A stretch of 32,000 bases of DNA from Aliivibrio fischeri ES114 (GCF_000011805.1 NC_006840.2); one strand, 5' to 3'; positions 8,250 to 17,544 are shown, counted from the first letter of the stretch. The notes: generated by a model not told the origin, from the sequence alone. Numbers and translations are program-made.

Positions 8250-8414
8250 GTAATTTAAGCGCCAGTAGATGAGCTAGGATAGCGATGTGCGGGTGAATAA
8301 ATCTGTTTTAACTGATGGCGTTTTGACAGTTTGCGTTAATAATTTTTTGGGTTTTAACAATAATGATGGCACTGGTTTGGTGCTATCGATTTTATAATAA
8401 AAGAGAGAAGTAAC

Positions 8415-8879
8415 ATGAAAAGACAAGGTGGTTTCACCCTTATCGAGTTAGTGGTTGTTATCGTGATTTTAGGTATTCTTGCAGTAACTGCAGCACCTAA
8501 ATTCTTAAACCTGCAATCTGATGCGCGTGCATCATCTCTGCAAGGTCTAAAAGGTGCAATGGCTGGTGCAGCTGGTATCGTTTATGGTAAAGCCGCGATT
8601 GATGGTAAAGAAACAGCTTCAACAGAAACTGATGTTGATGGTATTGCTACAAAATACGGTTATCCAATGGCTAAAGATACAGGTATTGCTGAAGCGGTAG
8701 TTGGTCTATCTGAAGACTGGAGCAGTGCTACATCAGGTGCTACAATTTTAGTTGTTGGCTTTAAATCAGATAACGCAACTGCAGCATCAATTGTTGCAAC
8801 TAACTGTTTTGTTACATACGGAGAAGCAACAACTGTATCTTCTGGCGTATCAACAATCGTTACTGATACTGGTTGTTAA
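8415..8879 (+). CDS. mshA: MSHA major pilin MshA
   Basis: MKRQGG|[32 protein letters not shown] is the conserved MshA-type N-terminus. 154 aa. Cys131 and C-terminal Cys154 form the D-region pair. The same AGAGAGAAG SD-like 9-mer lies at 8402-8410. A strong terminator follows. Confidence 0.92.
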   Translation: MKRQGGFTLIELVVVIVILGILAVTAAPKFLNLQSDARASSLQGLKGAMAGAAGIVYGKAAIDGKETASTETDVDGIATKYGYPMAKDTGIAEAVVGLSEDWSSATSGATILVVGFKSDNATAASIVATNCFVTYGEATTVSSGVSTIVTDTGC

Positions 8880-8900
8880 TCTAATTCAACCTCTTTAGTT

Positions 8901-8929
8901 AAAAACCAGCGATCTCCGCTGGTTTTTTT
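8901..8929 (+). terminator. Rho-independent terminator directly after mshA
   Basis: AAAAACCAGCG (8901-8911), loop ATCTC, then CGCTGGTTTTTTT (8917-8929). GC-rich 6-bp core stem extended by A:U pairs, followed by T7. Confidence 0.85.
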
Positions 8930-9005
8930 GTATCTAAAAATAACAAACCATTCGCTATATCTATAATTTCCGTTATCCTAGTAACAGGAGATTATAAGGT
9001 AACGG

Positions 9006-9602
9006 ATGATGACTTTTCCTCTCAAAAAAAATCAAATAAAACAACGACAAAATAGGAATGGCTTTACTTTGGTTGAGCTCATCGTTGTGATCCTGCTACT
9101 TGCTATTATTGCTGTTTACACCGCCAGTAAATACATGGGAGCAAGCCGTTTTTCATCGGCTGCAGCTCAAGAGCAAGTTTTGTCTATTTTGCGTCATGTT
9201 CAAATTGCATCAATGCAAACTAACACCTCTCATATTAATAATGCGTGTCGTTCGGTTCTTACATCATCGAATCAATTTGGTGTGGATTCTGCGTGCCAAA
9301 ACCAAGGTATGGCGAGTGCGGTATTATCAGATTACTCCAAAGAAAATGATCGTGAAAATCTGGATATGATCCGGTTAAGTTATGCCTTTAATACGGCAAG
9401 TGGTGCCGTAGCAATTTCAGCTCTTTCGTTTGATTTATTGGGGAGACCAATAATTCCGGTATCACCAAATTTGATTCTCTGCACCCAAGAAGATTGCCGC
9501 ATCACGATTACAACCCCTGCAACAAATGAAAGTCGTTCTGTCTGTATCAATAACGAAGGCTTTATGTATCGTTCTTTGCAAAATATGAGTTGTAAAATAT
9601 GA
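9006..9602 (+). CDS. mshC: MSHA minor pilin MshC (prepilin-type N-terminus, long leader)
   Basis: MMTFPLKKNQIKQRQNRNG|FTLVELIVVILLLAIIAV. 198 aa. Position after mshA. Either ATG 9006 or 9009 is possible. Confidence 0.85.
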   Translation: MMTFPLKKNQIKQRQNRNGFTLVELIVVILLLAIIAVYTASKYMGASRFSSAAAQEQVLSILRHVQIASMQTNTSHINNACRSVLTSSNQFGVDSACQNQGMASAVLSDYSKENDRENLDMIRLSYAFNTASGAVAISALSFDLLGRPIIPVSPNLILCTQEDCRITITTPATNESRSVCINNEGFMYRSLQNMSCKI

Positions 9603-10180
9603 AAGGAAGCCTGAATACACAACGAGGTTTAACCTTGATTGAGTCGATCGTAGGTATTGTGATCTTAGGGTTTGCATTATCGGTATTGGTATCTGGTGTG
9701 TTTACTTCTTCTTCCACTTCTCATAAAGCGACTTATCAAGCACAAGCTGCCACGCTTGGCCACTCTGTAGTGACGGATATTTTAAGTCGTCAGTTTGATG
9801 AAAATAGCGATCCTAATGGTGGAAAATATCGATGTGGTGAAAAGAATGGCAGTGGAATACGCATTAGTTGCTCTATGAATTTAGGTAAAGATGGGATTGA
9901 AACCATCGCAGCCACATTCAATGATGTTGATGACTTCATTGGTTGCTGGGGAGAGGTTTCTGTATGTTCTTCAACTAGCTTGCCGCAATACCAATTAGGT
10001 GATCTTATTGGTGTCTCTAATGCCGATGAGTATAAAAGTTTTACGGTTGAAATAACGGTTAACTATAACGATGTTGATAATTCAGGTACGGTAATAACAC
10101 CGTATAAGCTTATTAGAGTAACCCTCTATGGAAGTAACCATGCCAAGTACACTTTTAGTGCGTATCGAGGTAATTACTAA
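9599..10180 (+). CDS. mshD: MSHA minor pilin MshD
   Basis: MKGSLNTQRG|LTLIESIVGIVILGFAL (Leu+1, Glu+5). ATGA overlap with the mshC stop. Confidence 0.85.
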   Translation: MKGSLNTQRGLTLIESIVGIVILGFALSVLVSGVFTSSSTSHKATYQAQAATLGHSVVTDILSRQFDENSDPNGGKYRCGEKNGSGIRISCSMNLGKDGIETIAATFNDVDDFIGCWGEVSVCSSTSLPQYQLGDLIGVSNADEYKSFTVEITVNYNDVDNSGTVITPYKLIRVTLYGSNHAKYTFSAYRGNY

Positions 10181-10905
10181 TGAAACGTGCATTAGGGTTT
10201 ACGTTAATTGAGCTTATTTTAACCATTGTCGTTGTTGGGCTTGTAGCCTTGGCGGCGAGTAATACATTACAACTTGGCTTTCAAAGTTATAACGACAGCA
10301 TTGATCGTCAAGATAATCAAATGCAGGCTAAATTCTTAATTGAAAAGTTAAGTCGTGAATTACGTCACGCCGTTCCCAATAGCGTTGAAGTTACTTCAAA
10401 TAATCAGTGTATTAGTTTTGTTCCTATTGAAAGTAGTGCATTTTATTTGTCTTTTCCTTTGATAAATCAAAAAACAATCGATGTGGTTGTATTATCAGAA
10501 CTTTCTTTGAATACGAATAATCTACGTTTGATAATTAACCCAAGCACCCAAGATGATTTACTTCAAGAAGAAAACCATAGATACGTAACGGTAGATACCA
10601 TTGCTGTTTCTGGTGGAGTATCAACAGTTACATTCTCAAGCAATAATAATCCCGCTTTCATATCAAATTCCGTTTCTGAACGCGCATTTTTCTATCATCC
10701 TCATCCTATCGAATATTGCATTGTGGGGGATGGTGTTTTTCGGTCAAATACACAACTCATTAATCAGGTTCATAATGGTCATTTCTCTTTTGAAAATGCA
10801 TCAATTCAACGTAATAGCATAATGAAGTTAGTGTTAGCTTTTAAAAGTGACCTTGGTGAAATGACTCAATATCAACATGATGTGCAGGTGATAAATGTTC
10901 CCTAA
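10180..10905 (+). CDS. mshO: MSHA minor pilin MshO (PilW/GspJ-like position)
   Basis: MKRALG|FTLIELILTIVVVGLVAL. TAATG overlap with mshD. Confidence 0.85.
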   Translation: MKRALGFTLIELILTIVVVGLVALAASNTLQLGFQSYNDSIDRQDNQMQAKFLIEKLSRELRHAVPNSVEVTSNNQCISFVPIESSAFYLSFPLINQKTIDVVVLSELSLNTNNLRLIINPSTQDDLLQEENHRYVTVDTIAVSGGVSTVTFSSNNNPAFISNSVSERAFFYHPHPIEYCIVGDGVFRSNTQLINQVHNGHFSFENASIQRNSIMKLVLAFKSDLGEMTQYQHDVQVINVP

Positions 10906-11329
10906 TAAAAGAAAGCAAAAGGGTAATTTGTTGGTTATGTCCATTGTTGTCATGGTGGTGGTTGGCTTTTTATCTCTTAATTTATTAAAAGTGGAAAGCA
11001 GTAATCATGACACGCTTTCTAAAGAAGTATTGGGGACTCAAGCATGGTTTTTAGCGCATTCGGGGGCTGAATGGGGATTAACTCAACTTTTTCCTCTTGG
11101 GGTTTCAGGTGCTGATACAAGTATCTGTAATGGCGTGGTTCGTCGCCCTAGTATGAAATCAGATGAGAGCGGCTGTAAACAAGAACCAGAAGTTGTATGC
11201 GTGAGAAATACGATGAATTATCACAGTGAAGAGATTCAATATTTCAAAATTACAAGTTCAGTAACTTGTGGTTCTGGTATTGATCAAGTTACACGAGTTC
11301 AAGAAGTATGGGCAAAGGAGATTAACTGA
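10895..11329 (+). CDS. mshP: MSHA pilin-like protein MshP (PilX/GspK-like, lacks Glu+5)
   Basis: MFPNKRKQKG|NLLVMSIVVMVVVGFLSL has a hydrophobic pilin-like N-terminus but Met at +5. 11-nt overlap with mshO. Confidence 0.8.
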   Translation: MFPNKRKQKGNLLVMSIVVMVVVGFLSLNLLKVESSNHDTLSKEVLGTQAWFLAHSGAEWGLTQLFPLGVSGADTSICNGVVRRPSMKSDESGCKQEPEVVCVRNTMNYHSEEIQYFKITSSVTCGSGIDQVTRVQEVWAKEIN

Positions 11330-14300
11330 TGAATATAGTATGGCGAGTAATATTTATTTGTTTATCTTTGGTTTCTTTGTCTTTGCAGGCTCAAGATTTT
11401 ACCATTCCACCTCAACAATGTGATGCATTTAATGGGATGCAGACGTGGAGAAATAACTCTGTAAATTTAATTACTATGGAAAACCATGCAGTAGTCTCAG
11501 GGGGCGGGAGTATTAAAGGGCAAGTAAGGTTTACCAATGACATTGTTAATCAATATCCTGGATTTATACCAGAAGTGCCTATCGAACATGGATTATGTGA
11601 TGGGAAAAGCTGCTCTTTATCTAATGATAGTGATTTACCTGATTTTTTGAATTTTAGTTGGCAAGTTTCTTCAGAAGCTCGAATTATTAATGGATATGAT
11701 TCAAATTGGGATGATCAAAAAGTTTTTCAGAGAACTACATATTTTAAGAACCCTTATGGTATAGGGAGTCATACGGGGTTTAGCGTTAAATCATCACATA
11801 CAGTGTTGTTCAAATCAGGAGAATATTGGTTTGATGATATGAGGGTTTTAGGCAATATTGAAATTGAAGGTGATGTTATTTTTCATGTTCAAGATAAGAT
11901 CGATTTTGCTAGAAATGTAAATGCTAATAATGGTGGAACCCTTTTTATCTACTCCTATAAAGACAGCGGGTGTGAATCAACGATTGATATATCACCGAAC
12001 CAGCCTTTAGTTAATCAAGATTATAGTTTGAATTTAAATACTGATGCCTATGTCAATGGTTATATATATACCAAAGGTTCCATGACATTAACTAACGGTG
12101 CAAAAGTTAGAGGTGCGGTTACAGCCTGTCAGATTGCCATGAGTAATGATTCTGAATTTATTCATGAACCTCTTACAAATTGTGGATCAAATAGTTATCA
12201 ACTCGTCATCTCCCCAACTTCGGGTAAAGGTCTTGCTTGTGATGGTATCGAAATTGATTTTTCTCTTGTTGATTCAAATGGCGATGTTGTTGAAGGTAAA
12301 GGACAAGAACTACAAGTAACCAGTGCACCTGTTGCTACTGGAGATAGAAATTCAGCGTGTTGGAGTGACGATGGAAACATTACAACTCCCGAATGTAATC
12401 ATGCTGATGACAGCCGTTTTGAAACGGTGTTTCCGTCAAGTGGCCCAGCAGTGGTTACTCGATATATTCATAGCAAATTCTTAAACTCTTATAACGTTTC
12501 AGCCAGTGTTAGTAGTGAAAATCTAACTACGACAGAAGGACCGTATGAGTTTATCGCTAAAGCAATCAGCATTGTTCCATCTGAAGGTGTTGATGGTTCT
12601 GATAGCAATCAAGTAGCAGGGCGTCCTTATCCTTTTAGACTGAAGATTCGTGGTAAAGAAAACGGAAATGGCAACATGTTAAATTGTCATATTATTAAAG
12701 AAACGACGGACATTAATGTTACTTTTTCGAATTCAGTCTTACCTGCGACAAGTAATGAGAGCATTGAAATCAAAAAAGAAGGCAGCAGCTGGGCTGAAGC
12801 AAACAAAAGTTTATCGATTTCATTTGTGAATGGTGTTGCTGGTGGAGATGAAAATCAAGCTGATGGTTCTCTTCAAGCTCGATTGAATGATGCTGGAAAG
12901 GCAAAGTTAACAGCCAGTGCAAATATTCAAGGTGATACGTTTACGACCTCTGAGAAATTTTATTTTCGTCCTTTTACCGCAGCATTGTGTGATCAATCAT
13001 CTGCATTACCGTCTTATACCGATGAGCTTAATGGCGCTTACTTGACTTCTGGAACTGATTTTAATGCTTACTTAAAAGCGGTGAATTGGATTAAAGAGTT
13101 AGATTCTGGAACTTATGGGAATGGAATTCCTGATCATGATAATCCATCTTTAGTTTGCAGTCAGGTTGCGACGCCAAGCTATATTACTCATAGTGAAGGG
13201 AATGCTAAATTAAATCTATCTTCTCAATTAGATTACCCATTATCAGGTGCAATAGGCGTCATTACTGTTGATGGGCAACCTATTGCGGATTTTAATAAAG
13301 AAGTGACAAGTGAAAATCAAAACTCATCAACTAAGATAAATTGGAATGAAGTAGGTACATTAAGTTTTGATGTGTTCCAGAATGATTATTTTAATCGTTC
13401 TGGATTTAATATTCCGTCAACGGCTTCTAAGGTGGGGCGCTTTTACCCTGCATATTTTTCTATCACAAATACCGAATGGGATTATCCTCAAAAGCAAGGC
13501 ACATCAGAGGGTAGTTTTGTATATATGGACCAATTTTTTAAAAATGTTGATTTTCAAGTTACAGCTTATAGTGCTTTAGATTCAGAGGTCACCAACTATG
13601 GTCTGTTTAACAATGAGTTAAAATCTAGGTTCTCATTGGGTGGGGAATATGCTTCTCGCTTAAATATTACTGATGTGGATTTAGATGAAACGCATTGGAG
13701 TGATAAGGCTGTATGGCAAGTTACGAATTTAGATCATGCTGTGACTTGGTCAAAAAAAGAGGGGGCACCTTCATTTGGAAATCGTACTACGGTGGTTGAT
13801 GGTCCGTTTAATGCGTCGGGACACTCAAGTTCAGAAATCACAAGTTTAGGCTTAAAAATTAGTGGTGCAGATCCTGTCACCTTCATTAAAGATCAACAAT
13901 CAGCAGAGGTCGAACTTTTATCTCAACCTGATGTTCGTTATGGGCGAATGGTATTGGATAATGTAGGTGTTGCTTCAGGGCTATCTGTATCAGTGCCTCT
14001 TAGAGTTGAATATTGGGATGGTCAGCGTTTTATTTTAAGTAAAGATGATGACGCAGCCGTATTTAATGGTTCATATCATTATAAGCAAACAATTTGGCCT
14101 GAATCTGATAAGGAAAGCGCTGCGAAATTAATGGGAACTGGTGGCATTAAATCTGGTCTTAACTCAATTGATCTAATAGCAGAACCCGATAACAGTCAGT
14201 TAAGAGAGCAGATCCGTTTTTGGTTGTGCTTATCTGAAGGTTCGCCACAATTAAGTGAAAAGCATACACATTGTGAATCAAAACCATCGGGTTTATACCT

Positions 14301-14436
14301 ACAACCTTGGTTACAATTCAATTGGCGGGGCAAAGGAGATGAAGATCCTTCGACGCTTGTCACTTTTGGGGTGTATCGAGGTAATGATCGTGTTATTTTT
14401 CGTGGTGAAAGTAACATTATTGGTACTTCTAACTAA
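11329..14436 (+). CDS. mshQ: MSHA biogenesis protein MshQ (large secreted, putative pilus-associated adhesin)
   Basis: 1035 aa. Signal peptide MNIVWRVIFICLSLVSLSLQA|QD. TGATG overlap with mshP. Terminal position of the msh structural operon. Confidence 0.85.
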   Translation: MNIVWRVIFICLSLVSLSLQAQDFTIPPQQCDAFNGMQTWRNNSVNLITMENHAVVSGGGSIKGQVRFTNDIVNQYPGFIPEVPIEHGLCDGKSCSLSNDSDLPDFLNFSWQVSSEARIINGYDSNWDDQKVFQRTTYFKNPYGIGSHTGFSVKSSHTVLFKSGEYWFDDMRVLGNIEIEGDVIFHVQDKIDFARNVNANNGGTLFIYSYKDSGCESTIDISPNQPLVNQDYSLNLNTDAYVNGYIYTKGSMTLTNGAKVRGAVTACQIAMSNDSEFIHEPLTNCGSNSYQLVISPTSGKGLACDGIEIDFSLVDSNGDVVEGKGQELQVTSAPVATGDRNSACWSDDGNITTPECNHADDSRFETVFPSSGPAVVTRYIHSKFLNSYNVSASVSSENLTTTEGPYEFIAKAISIVPSEGVDGSDSNQVAGRPYPFRLKIRGKENGNGNMLNCHIIKETTDINVTFSNSVLPATSNESIEIKKEGSSWAEANKSLSISFVNGVAGGDENQADGSLQARLNDAGKAKLTASANIQGDTFTTSEKFYFRPFTAALCDQSSALPSYTDELNGAYLTSGTDFNAYLKAVNWIKELDSGTYGNGIPDHDNPSLVCSQVATPSYITHSEGNAKLNLSSQLDYPLSGAIGVITVDGQPIADFNKEVTSENQNSSTKINWNEVGTLSFDVFQNDYFNRSGFNIPSTASKVGRFYPAYFSITNTEWDYPQKQGTSEGSFVYMDQFFKNVDFQVTAYSALDSEVTNYGLFNNELKSRFSLGGEYASRLNITDVDLDETHWSDKAVWQVTNLDHAVTWSKKEGAPSFGNRTTVVDGPFNASGHSSSEITSLGLKISGADPVTFIKDQQSAEVELLSQPDVRYGRMVLDNVGVASGLSVSVPLRVEYWDGQRFILSKDDDAAVFNGSYHYKQTIWPESDKESAAKLMGTGGIKSGLNSIDLIAEPDNSQLREQIRFWLCLSEGSPQLSEKHTHCESKPSGLYLQPWLQFNWRGKGDEDPSTLVTFGVYRGNDRVIFRGESNIIGTSN

Positions 14437-14448
14437 AAAATGAATAAA

Positions 14449-15602
<1,154 letters not shown>

Positions 15603-15625
15603 TAACAGTTAACGGGTGAGTGGAT

Positions 15626-16477
15626 ATGACTCCAATCTTTGGTAGAGGTCCTTCTCTACAATTTCGCCTGTTTATTGCAGTAATGGTATCGGCTAGCCTA
15701 ATGTTAGCCGATAGTCGTTTAAATACCTTTTCCGACATACGTTACCTATTAAATAGCTTTGTTTCCCCAATTCATTACGCGGCAAACCTTCCTCGTACAA
15801 TGTTTAATGGCATGTATGAACGGTTTAATAGCCGTAATACCCTCATGCTTGAAAATCAACGCCTTAAGCAAGAAATGTTTGTCCAAAACAGCAATTTATT
15901 GCTCATGGAACAACTGAAACAAGAAAATAGCCGTTTACGTAATTTACTCGGTTCACCATTTATTCGTGATGAGAAAAAGATGGTTACGGAAGTAATGGCG
16001 GTGGATTCTGCACCTTATACACATCAAGTGATGATTGATAAAGGTGCCGCTGATGGCGTATACGAAGGCCAGCCCGTCATTAGTGATAAAGGTATTGTTG
16101 GGCAAATTAACAATGTTGGAGCACATAACAGCCGAGTGTTGTTATTAACGGATGCAAATAATGCAATTCCGGTGCAGGCAGTTCGAAATGACATTCGTGT
16201 TATTGCATCGGGCAAAGGCCACTTAGATACGATGCAACTTGAGCACATACCAACAAATACTGACTTAAAGGTTGGGGATTTATTGGTAACTTCTGGTTTA
16301 GGTTTAGTTTACCCAGAAGGGTACCCGGTTGGGTATATATCTAAAATAGATAATGATAATAAGCGTCCGTTTGCGTCTATTGATATAGAAACTACGGTTG
16401 AATTTGATAAATTGCGTTATTTATTACTAGTATGGCCAACTGGAAAAGCACCAGAGGAGATATCTGATGGCGAGTAG
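15626..16477 (+). CDS. mreC: Rod-shape-determining protein MreC
   Basis: MTPIFGRGPSLQFRLFIAV matches the MreC N-terminus. Coiled-coil LENQRLKQE...NSRLRNLLG. GGTGAG at 15615-15620 serves as SD for ATG 15626, so I prefer it over GTG 15620. Confidence 0.93.
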   Translation: MTPIFGRGPSLQFRLFIAVMVSASLMLADSRLNTFSDIRYLLNSFVSPIHYAANLPRTMFNGMYERFNSRNTLMLENQRLKQEMFVQNSNLLLMEQLKQENSRLRNLLGSPFIRDEKKMVTEVMAVDSAPYTHQVMIDKGAADGVYEGQPVISDKGIVGQINNVGAHNSRVLLLTDANNAIPVQAVRNDIRVIASGKGHLDTMQLEHIPTNTDLKVGDLLVTSGLGLVYPEGYPVGYISKIDNDNKRPFASIDIETTVEFDKLRYLLLVWPTGKAPEEISDGE

Positions 16478-16958
16478 TCATTTAATGCGTGGAAGAGTCA
16501 TTATTTGGCTTTCTTTTTTAATCGCATTAACCTTGCAAGCAGCTCCTTGGCCTGGCGCTTTAGAGGTTCTAAGACCGTCGTGGATTATTTTGGTCACCTT
16601 TTATTGGGTACTCGCTTTACCACATCGAGTTAATGTGGGAACAGCAATGGTGCTTGGTATTTTATGGGACTTACTATTAGGCACCACCCTTGGTATTCGT
16701 GGTATGACCATGGCCATATTGGTTTATTTGGTCGCCGCTAACTTTAAGGTCTTGAGAAACTTAGCCTTATGGCAACAAGCTGCAATATTCTCTGGTTTGA
16801 CCCTGTTAGGGAAAGTATTAGAGTTTATGGGGGAGTTTTTAGTTCATGATGTGTCCTTTAACGCACATTTTTTATGGGCAGGCGTGTTAAACTTCCTACT
16901 ATGGCCTTGGTTGTTTTTGTTAATGCGAAGAGTTCGCCGTCATTGGTCAATTCGATAG
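16467..16958 (+). CDS. mreD: Rod-shape-determining protein MreD
   Basis: 163 aa polytopic membrane protein. Overlaps the mreC stop by 11 nt. Conserved mreBCD order. Confidence 0.9.
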   Translation: MASSHLMRGRVIIWLSFLIALTLQAAPWPGALEVLRPSWIILVTFYWVLALPHRVNVGTAMVLGILWDLLLGTTLGIRGMTMAILVYLVAANFKVLRNLALWQQAAIFSGLTLLGKVLEFMGEFLVHDVSFNAHFLWAGVLNFLLWPWLFLLMRRVRRHWSIR

Positions 16959-16968
16959 GAAAGCAAGA

Positions 16969-17544
16969 ATGGAAGCGCAAGTTTTCTTAGCGTCAGGATC
17001 TCCGAGAAGAAAAGAGTTGTTAACCCAATTAGGTTATCAATTTGATGTGTTATCGGTGGATGTTGAAGAGATACATCAAGAGCATGAAACGCCATTGATG
17101 TATGTAGAGCGCTTATCTAAAGATAAGGCTCAAGCTGGCGTTAAAGCGATAGAAAAAACAAAGAATAAATATACCCCAGTCTTGGGCTCTGACACCATCG
17201 TTGTTATCGATGGTGTTATTTTAGAAAAACCAAAAGATTTTAAAGATGCTAAGAGAATGCTCTTGGCACTGTCTGGTCGTCAACATCAAGTAATGACTGC
17301 TGTAACGATTGCCACGCCTGAAAAAATAAGAACCAAAACAGTAATCACTCAGGTATGGTTTAAAACACTTTCTGAACAAGAAATAGAACAATATTGGGAA
17401 AGTGGGGAGCCTTGCGATAAAGCGGGTTCATACGGTATTCAAGGTAGTGGTGGGCGATTTGTCTCGCGTATTGATGGCAGCTATCACGCTGTCATGGGAC
17501 TGCCTTTGATGGAAACAGATCAGCTCTTACACCAATTTTTGTAA
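16969..17544 (+). CDS. maf: Maf/YhdE-family nucleoside triphosphate pyrophosphatase
   Basis: 191 aa. N-terminal LASGSPRRKELL motif. Conserved position after mreD. Confidence 0.92.
   Translation: MEAQVFLASGSPRRKELLTQLGYQFDVLSVDVEEIHQEHETPLMYVERLSKDKAQAGVKAIEKTKNKYTPVLGSDTIVVIDGVILEKPKDFKDAKRMLLALSGRQHQVMTAVTIATPEKIRTKTVITQVWFKTLSEQEIEQYWESGEPCDKAGSYGIQGSGGRFVSRIDGSYHAVMGLPLMETDQLLHQFL

Noticed and set aside
8250-8330. Possible terminator after mshB (CGCCAGT ... ACTGATGGCG followed by TTTT).
   Set aside because: The arms are about 45 nt apart and need a 3-nt bulge, so this is not a credible intrinsic terminator.
8393-8398. Consensus TATAAT 17 nt upstream of the mshA start codon as the mshA -10 element.
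   Set aside because: There is no acceptable -35 at 16-18 nt (CACTGG/GCACTG), and the implied TSS (about 8405) would fall inside the SD-like GAGAGAAG. A TTGACA at 8323-8328 has no -10 partner at a workable spacing.
8363-8413. 16-codon upstream ORF ([16 protein letters not shown]) ending 1 nt before the mshA ATG.
   Set aside because: There is no SD upstream of its ATGs, and its 3' end is simply the mshA SD region. This is most likely coincidental, and would be worth revisiting only if ribosome profiling shows occupancy.
9100-9369. Same-strand alternative-frame ORFs: 9100..9369 in mshC, 10601..10822 in mshO, 13367..13579 and 14255..14443 in mshQ, and 14896..15093 in mreB.
   Set aside because: These are out-of-frame read-throughs typical of AT-rich DNA. 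Their products are low-complexity or hydrophobic nonsense with no motif support.
12271-12297. D-S-N-G-D-V-V-E-G in MshQ resembling the PilY1 D-x-N-x-D-x-V-x-D calcium site.
   Set aside because: The final acidic ligand position is Gly. The surrounding sequence (..IDFSLVDSNGDVVEGKG..) is the common D-x-N-G-x-P/V-V strand-turn signature of bacterial Ig-like domains, so a chance or fold-related match is more likely.
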